Shown: positions 58,008 through 64,000 of the stretch, in pieces
How the letters are laid out: every line of letters starts with the position of its first letter
How positions within the stretch are numbered: the stretch's first letter is position 1
Assembly: GCA_019828565.1 (NCBI GenBank)
Contig: JAHDYR010000019.1
Span: 55,984 to 119,983, forward strand
Length of the DNA: 64,000 bases
Source of the DNA: Carpediemonas membranifera BICM
Taxonomy: Eukaryota > Protista > Fornicata
Direction: 5' to 3'
The notes under the pieces: generated by a model
Seen by the model: only the letters and a program-made list of their open reading frames with translations
Database searches by the model: none
Told to the model about the DNA's origin: nothing
Made by a program: the position numbers and the translations under genes

Positions 58008-58936
58008 ACTGTCAAGAAGTTCCTCGAACAGCTGAACACATACCACCAGAGGACACTACCCTACCATCCTGAGTCTAACGGCGTAGTAGAGCGTCGAAAT
58101 GGGGAGGAGGCACGACACCTACGCTGGCTCACACTTACAACACAGCAGTATGACAGCTGGTCAGACATCCTACCTTATATACAGCACATACTCAACTCTA
58201 CGACCAACTCAGACACTCTACTGATCCCAAGCGAGATCATATTTGGCCACAGGATTGAGATCGGAGGGAGGTGGGAAGAGAGCGAGACGGGCGGCGACGA
58301 GCTCCTCACCCCAGCCGACAGAGCGATGCAGCACAGAGACGACCTGACCCGAATGCAGCGTGACTTAGTCCAACTTTTGAGCGAAGCAGAACTACCATCA
58401 GCCCGGGAGTCGGGCCTGAAAGCCGGGGACCTGGTGTTGCTTAATCCAGTCCGGAAGTCAAAGCTCCACGGTCTGCTAGGCCCGTATAAGGTCGTCAGGA
58501 CACTGAAGCACAAAACAGTCGAGATCGCCTCGCTGATCAGCGATCAAGTGAAGATTGTCCATGAAGACAGACTCATGGTCATCCCCGAGAACCTGGAGCT
58601 GGACCGAACACGCCAGCTTCAGGCCACCGACGAGGAGGAGTACGTTGTGGAGGCTATCCTGGGCCATAACACGAAGAACAAGACACTTCAAGTCAAATGG
58701 CTCGACTACACGACGCCGACGTGGGAGCCCTGGCTCAACCTACGACAGGTAGAGCTCGCTCAGCTGTATGCTCGCGACCATCGACTGCGGTGGGCCACTT
58801 CCCCGGGAGGGAGGTAGTGTGTCGCAGGCTCCTTTATATATATCGACCATATTCACCTGAGAGGGTTTTTTTCTCGTATTAAATAGTTCCGATACAGTCG
58901 CCCTGGAGCAGCTCAGTGGTCATGCTGCGAAAGAAG
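58008..58936. repeat. Duplication copy 2, right part (M integrase-chromodomain, M 3' LTR 58818-58896)
   Basis: Matches 29447-30375. Confidence 0.95.
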
Positions 58937-60190
58937 ACCGGTACGTGACGGCTGTGATGGAGTACTCGCCGCTGATCGAGGCCCTGGCGTCAATGACCGA
59001 GCACGACTTGTTGTTGACCGAAGAGCTGATCGGTGGTCCGGTCTTGATCGGTCCTGAGACTCGGAGTGAGTCGAGTCGGGATAAACTCGCGAGCCCGAAA
59101 TACCGCCAGGTTCCACTTTTTATGACTGATCAGCAGGCTACAGAGAGCACAGAGTCGGGAGCGATGTTTGCCCTAATGCGCCAGGCGATGCAGGCCACAG
59201 GTCAGGAGGAGAGTGCACTCAGACTCATTGAGAGTACAAGAAGGCTCCAGGCCATCAACAAGGCCAAGGCTAGCACGGACCTTGGGATCGAGCCCGAGGA
59301 CGATCCGGGGTCACGAACAAGAATCTCAAGAACGTGTTCTACCGAACATCATTCTTCGCGGCGGATCTCTTAATCCTACTGAGAGACTCACTGGGCCTCG
59401 ACGCGGCCAAGGGGGCGGTGGCTCGACCTTCCAAAGTCAAGAGTCTGAGGGAAAACAAGCACTTCGCCGCACTTGACCTCAGCAAGGCATTCCATCCGGC
59501 CCCAGTGCACCCGGACACGCAGGAGTACCTGGCGTTCACCTACTCCAAGGGCACTACACCAATACAACGATGCCGTTCGGCCTTTCCACCGCGGCTGGTC
59601 ATATGCAAAAGGCCTTAGAGGAGGCCCTGGCTGCCATGCTAGGCACGGCGTGCCTTGTGTATGTTGACGATATCGTCTATGGGTCGACTTGACCAGTCCA
59701 ACCTTACACGAGTGATGCGGCAGCCGAAGATTTGGCGGCCCAATCGCAGGATCGCGTGCGTATCGGAGGGAGTCGCGCGGAGTCATCAGCGCTTTGGAGC
59801 CCCGAAACAGACCCAGTTTTTTTTCTTGGCTCATGGTCTTCGACATGTTCTCCGCGTTCATCTCGACCAAGTTGTCCAACGATGACGCCCATGTGCTGTC
59901 TCGCACCGAGGGAAAGACCCTTACGAAACCCAATTGGGATTCTGCGGGTGAGACGGCTGAAGCTTATCCCTCTCCGCTCGAGGGCATCCGCAGACTCCAA
60001 CTGTGGTTAATGCTCGACATCTTCGCCCTCATGGGCACACGCCCAACCTACGACGATGAGGGGGACGACAAGATCTCCCCCTGCAAGTAGTGTGCAAACG
60101 CTGATCCGCAGGCGATTTGGACGGGTGCGAGAGAAGAGGCTGAAGCTCAACAAGGACAAGTGCTTCTTTACTCTAAACCAAGCCCACGCC
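58897..60190 (+). pseudogene. Old degenerate Gypsy RT relic 'N' with unrelated interruptions
   Basis: Scattered motifs SPWSSSVVMLRKK, HFAALDLSKAFH, MPFGLS, LVYVDD, LKLNKDKC in broken frames. Confidence 0.7.
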
Positions 60191-60196
60191 CTCCAC

Positions 60197-62998
60197 TCAT
60201 CTTCCGTGAGACAACTCATGGAATAAATCATGCATGTACCCAACCCACACAGACGTGGACTTGAGGCCCCATGCGTGGTGGTGTACCCTCACACCGATAG
60301 CATAGGTCACGCCCTCCGTAGTGCAGTCGAGAATGCCCGTATGAGTCAGGAACTCGACAGCCTCAATGGGGTTGCCTGTCTTGATGTAGAACGGCCGGCC
60401 GTACCACAAGGTGTGGGGTGGGAGCCGCTGCATTATGTCGGCGTTGTACGGGTGCAGGACGAGGCTGCGTTCGTTCCTACGCCAGCACCGCTCCACAGAG
60501 GGCACCACGTCGTTCAGGTAGCGGCACACGGGCCGGTGCCAGCGTGTCTCCTCAACAAATAGTTCTCGCCGCCTGTACTCGTTGATCAGCTGGACTATGG
60601 CGACTGTGTCCCTCTCTGCCGTGCCCTCGCCGGCATTGCCCGTGGGAATGGGCCGCTTAAGCTGCACCGGTGGACCCCACCAGCATCCAGGGACGCCCGA
60701 CTGGGATAGGGCCTCGGGGCCGAGGAAAGGGCGCCAGTAGTCGCGGGTGGAGAGATCGATGGCCATCTCGTCGAGCAGATCGTATCTCTGGACGTTGGTG
60801 TACATCTCAGTGGCGTTGATGAGCATGCCCAGCCTGGTATAGGGGAATGATGAGGCGTGGATGTCGATGTACTGCTTACCTGTGCCCACGTCCCAGTGGA
60901 CGGCGATGCACCGCTCGCCCTTGAGGTTCTTTGAATTGATGAAACTCCGCGCGGTCCGCTGGGTAACAATCCTAGAAATGTTTCTCTGGGTGTCGTAGCC
61001 TGTCGCCAGATCCTTTCGAGACGACCTGTCGATGCCCGTGAGGTCCAGTGTGGGTAGACTCATCCTGTTTCCCTGCCCGAGGTCTGCCGCACTAGCCAGA
61101 GCCGACCCGCTCACGGTGTCGTCCTCAGAGTCTGATCCGGCGTCGAGGAAATTCTCCTCCAGCGCCCGGCCGCCCATGCCGGCCCGGAGGAGGGATTTGA
61201 TGTCTGTCTTGCGGTGGCGGACAGACCGTCTGCCCGTCGTGAGGACCGAGTCGTGCTGGTACTCGGACGCGCGGAGGTCAAAGGCGAGGGTCCGGGTCTT
61301 CTCAGGCGCCACAAAGAGCTTGGAAATCTGCTGGACTCGGGAGCTTTCCTTCGCAGACTCGCCGCCCGAGTCCTCGAAGGGCAGGCCCCTCTCCTCCCTC
61401 TCGGCGGGGGTCTCAAACGTCACCACCCACACCGTCCTACGTCTGTTGCTGTGCCCGAGCGCCACGTACGCATCCACGCCCTGGCCCAGCAGCAGGGAGC
61501 ACAGGAGGATGGCCCGCTCCCAGAGTGTCCCCTTTTGGGCAGTGAGGACCATCGCCGGATTCGCGGTGGACTCGATCGAGAGGGCCGACGGCATATGTGG
61601 GAATAGCGGGCCCGAGTCTCGGATCCGGGCCACATTTAGCGCGATCTCCTTAATATCCTTGAGGGGGGACCTGACGGCGTTGACGTGGGTGCAGGCGGGT
61701 CGGAAAATGCCGTCCTCGTCGGGCTGGACGAATCTCAAGTGGCGGCGCTTGAACTGGTGCCGCAGCTGCTTGTATTGGCGGTTGTAAATCTTGAAAAAGT
61801 TGAACTGAGAGGTGGGATCCCGGAGGATATGGCTGGGCGCGTGGGCGATATCGGCGGGCCCGTTCGGCTCCTGATAACGGACGTGAATTGGATCAGCCTG
61901 CACACACAGGCAAAATGTGGACAGATGCTCCTCCAGCTCGGTTCTGTGGCGAGTGAACCATATATCTTCGTTTGATCTGAAATACTCGAAGATGCCGTCG
62001 TTTTCGCACTGAATGATGGCCTCAAGCACCATGGGCGGAGTCTTGGGTGGAAGCAGGTACGGCGTGGACATCAGCAGCAGGTGCGGCACAGCGGTGGGGG
62101 CGTTGGCAAGGGCGGATACGAGTGGGATGTAGGAATAGCCGATGAGCTCGCTGTGGCCTGATCTGCCCATGGAGTAGCGGTCCCAGACGGTGAAGGAGAT
62201 GTACTGGTCCATCATCCAGCGGCACATGTCGGCCGTGTTGCTCGTTGGGAAGTTGACCTTAAGCTGCACCCTCGTCTCCCACATGGGGTTGTTATCGTGC
62301 ACGAGAATGGCCGTCTCGGCGGTGGAGTTGCCGCAGCGGACTGTGATATAGGGGTCGAAACCATCGAAGTGCACCCCAGCCTGCCCGACTGCCTTGGGCC
62401 GTGAGTAGAAGGCGGCGTTGTAAGCGCCCTTGATGAGGATCGAAATCACACGGAAGTGAGGCGCCGGAAGGTTTTCGGGGATCTGGATATCGTCAAAGAT
62501 GTCCTGCACATGAGAGAAGTCTGCCAATACGTTCTGTTGGGTGATATGATCGCGCCCCTTGTAGTAAATGCGGACAACCTGCGTCAGCTCCTCCGACGTC
62601 AGCGCCATCTGGCCAGTCTTCAGGATACGGACGAATGTCTCGCGGTCTAGCGCACGGCCGTACTTGTTCTTGAAATGCTCGAAGGAGGACCTACATCGAA
62701 CCTTCTCCTTCTCGAGCAGCATCTCGTATTCGCCGACAAGCTGAAGGAAATCCTCGAAATCGAGCATGTCATCTCCATCTCGGTCATACTGCCGAATGAG
62801 ATCGAGCGCTTCGTCCATCGTCTTGTATGGGCCAAGGAAAGGAACCATTCGGTACAAATCTTCTGTGGTCAGCAGAGATGTTCCCCTGCGCGTGAACTGA
62901 TCAAATAGTAGGTAAAAGCGATTCACCTGATAGTAAGAGAGATGCGACATCTCGGGTATTCCACCAGGCGGATCGTTGTGTTGCCATAAACTGCACAT
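60197..62998 (-). CDS. Host gene: EF-hand + C2 + CEP76/CC2D2A-type transglutaminase-like domain protein
   Basis: EF-hand DRDGDDMLDFEDF; C2 (DPYITV...NPMWE...FTVWDR...ELIG); AILLCSLLLGQGVDAYVALG, WVVT, HWDVGTG, FPY...YTNVQ. Start codon uncertain. Confidence 0.82.
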   Translation of the reverse strand: MCSLWQHNDPPGGIPEMSHLSYYQVNRFYLLFDQFTRRGTSLLTTEDLYRMVPFLGPYKTMDEALDLIRQYDRDGDDMLDFEDFLQLVGEYEMLLEKEKVRCRSSFEHFKNKYGRALDRETFVRILKTGQMALTSEELTQVVRIYYKGRDHITQQNVLADFSHVQDIFDDIQIPENLPAPHFRVISILIKGAYNAAFYSRPKAVGQAGVHFDGFDPYITVRCGNSTAETAILVHDNNPMWETRVQLKVNFPTSNTADMCRWMMDQYISFTVWDRYSMGRSGHSELIGYSYIPLVSALANAPTAVPHLLLMSTPYLLPPKTPPMVLEAIIQCENDGIFEYFRSNEDIWFTRHRTELEEHLSTFCLCVQADPIHVRYQEPNGPADIAHAPSHILRDPTSQFNFFKIYNRQYKQLRHQFKRRHLRFVQPDEDGIFRPACTHVNAVRSPLKDIKEIALNVARIRDSGPLFPHMPSALSIESTANPAMVLTAQKGTLWERAILLCSLLLGQGVDAYVALGHSNRRRTVWVVTFETPAEREERGLPFEDSGGESAKESSRVQQISKLFVAPEKTRTLAFDLRASEYQHDSVLTTGRRSVRHRKTDIKSLLRAGMGGRALEENFLDAGSDSEDDTVSGSALASAADLGQGNRMSLPTLDLTGIDRSSRKDLATGYDTQRNISRIVTQRTARSFINSKNLKGERCIAVHWDVGTGKQYIDIHASSFPYTRLGMLINATEMYTNVQRYDLLDEMAIDLSTRDYWRPFLGPEALSQSGVPGCWWGPPVQLKRPIPTGNAGEGTAERDTVAIVQLINEYRRRELFVEETRWHRPVCRYLNDVVPSVERCWRRNERSLVLHPYNADIMQRLPPHTLWYGRPFYIKTGNPIEAVEFLTHTGILDCTTEGVTYAIGVRVHHHAWGLKSTSVWVGYMHDLFHELSHGR

Positions 62999-63660
62999 TG
63001 CAAAATTCTTCTAACTAACGACTGTGCCGATACTGGCGCCTCTTCGGGGCTCTGCAGCATCATACGCGCCAGACTTCTCGTACTTCCGACCTGCACTGGC
63101 TGCCGACAGGTCTGAGGTGGTATGGTCCGATGGACATAAATGGCTCATGCATATAAAGCTATAAATTCACGCAAGTGTTGCCTCGGTCATACAGGCACTA
63201 GACTGAGCTAGCGGACGACATTGCTGGGTGGTCTCGCGTGCAGGTTGCGGAGCGGTGGGAAATTCCTCAGCGGAAGCGCCAGTCTCTGGCTGTGCCTCTC
63301 CGGGGCTTCCTGAGGAGGGCGATGGCGAGGGGCCTGGATTGGTGCCGGCGTGACCGGGACCCTCGAAGCGAGGATGGACATATGCTCGTTAAACGCAACC
63401 TCACGACTATTCTGGCGTGGATTCAAAGCCATGGGGAGCAATCTCGGCGTCATCAACGGTTTGGATGAGGACGGCTTTGTTGTAAATCCTCTGACGACCC
63501 CTGGCCGTTGGCGGCGAGCGCCCGACCGGTGAGCCCGTCCCCGAGCATTCTTCTGACTCGGAGGAGCACACAGCTGAAGACTGGCGCCCCATCCCCCGCC
63601 AATAGTTGACCATCACCACTACCATAAACTATAAACGCCTCATGTATTTACCCCGCCCCC

Positions 63661-64000
63661 TCACTTGGGCAGGCATCCCTCGCACATGAGTCTGCCATCG
63701 ACGACGGCGACATCCGCATGGAAGATTCCCGCCTCATCCGGGACCAGCGGGAGCTCCTTGCCGCACACGGAGCACTCAATCGCGATGACATCGTCAGTAC
63801 ACAGGCCCTGCCCTACCAAAGAGGGCAGCGAGTGCCGCGACACCGTAGGCTTGTCCTCAACAGCTGCGGCGACCTTGCGGGCGGGCACGTCGTCCGGCTG
63901 AGTGCGACTAACCCAGTCGTCGTAGTCCGGGATGACGGTGGCGGCCTCATACGACGTGTGGCCCCGAACATCGAGGTCATGTTGCTCGAGACAGATGTCA
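63661..64000 (-). CDS. 3' end of a host gene with two CxxC pairs (continues beyond the window)
   Basis: Frame open from the window edge to the stop at 63661; CSVC...CEGC. Confidence 0.5.
   Translation of the reverse strand, partial: DICLEQHDLDVRGHTSYEAATVIPDYDDWVSRTQPDDVPARKVAAAVEDKPTVSRHSLPSLVGQGLCTDDVIAIECSVCGKELPLVPDEAGIFHADVAVVDGRLMCEGCLPK

Noticed and set aside
63005-63625. Upstream exon of the CEP76-like gene, or a small gene at 63208-63625
   Set aside because: I could not find a frame-consistent splice model or recognisable motif.

Overview
Eukaryotic window, probably a compact-genome protist (about 30-nt GT-AG introns). Bases 1-60190 are a nested pile of retrotransposons: about 11 distinct Ty3/Gypsy LTR families, most with chromodomain integrases, plus two related non-LTR (LINE-like) elements, nested up to five levels deep. 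Element letters A-N are my own labels. A CEP76-like EF-hand/C2 host gene follows immediately. Main observations: (1) All seven LTR families whose 5' junction is visible lack a tRNA primer-binding site. Each has instead a different perfect 10-14-bp palindrome at the 5' LTR edge, with 63-127-bp LTRs and almost no leader, which suggests tRNA-independent priming or dimerisation. (2) Three families carry an antisense, intron-containing accessory gene, ending in a chromodomain-like module where intact, behind a conserved ~60-bp motif. (3) A TSD-flanked LINE-like element encodes a Maelstrom/arenavirus-NP-like DEDDh+ECHC nuclease domain and an APE endonuclease but no RT. (4) Two single-LTR elements are flanked by exact 1.4-kb and 1.9-kb target duplications. 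Many frameshifts sit in homopolymers and may be assembly errors. All domain calls are by eye from motifs; no searches were run.
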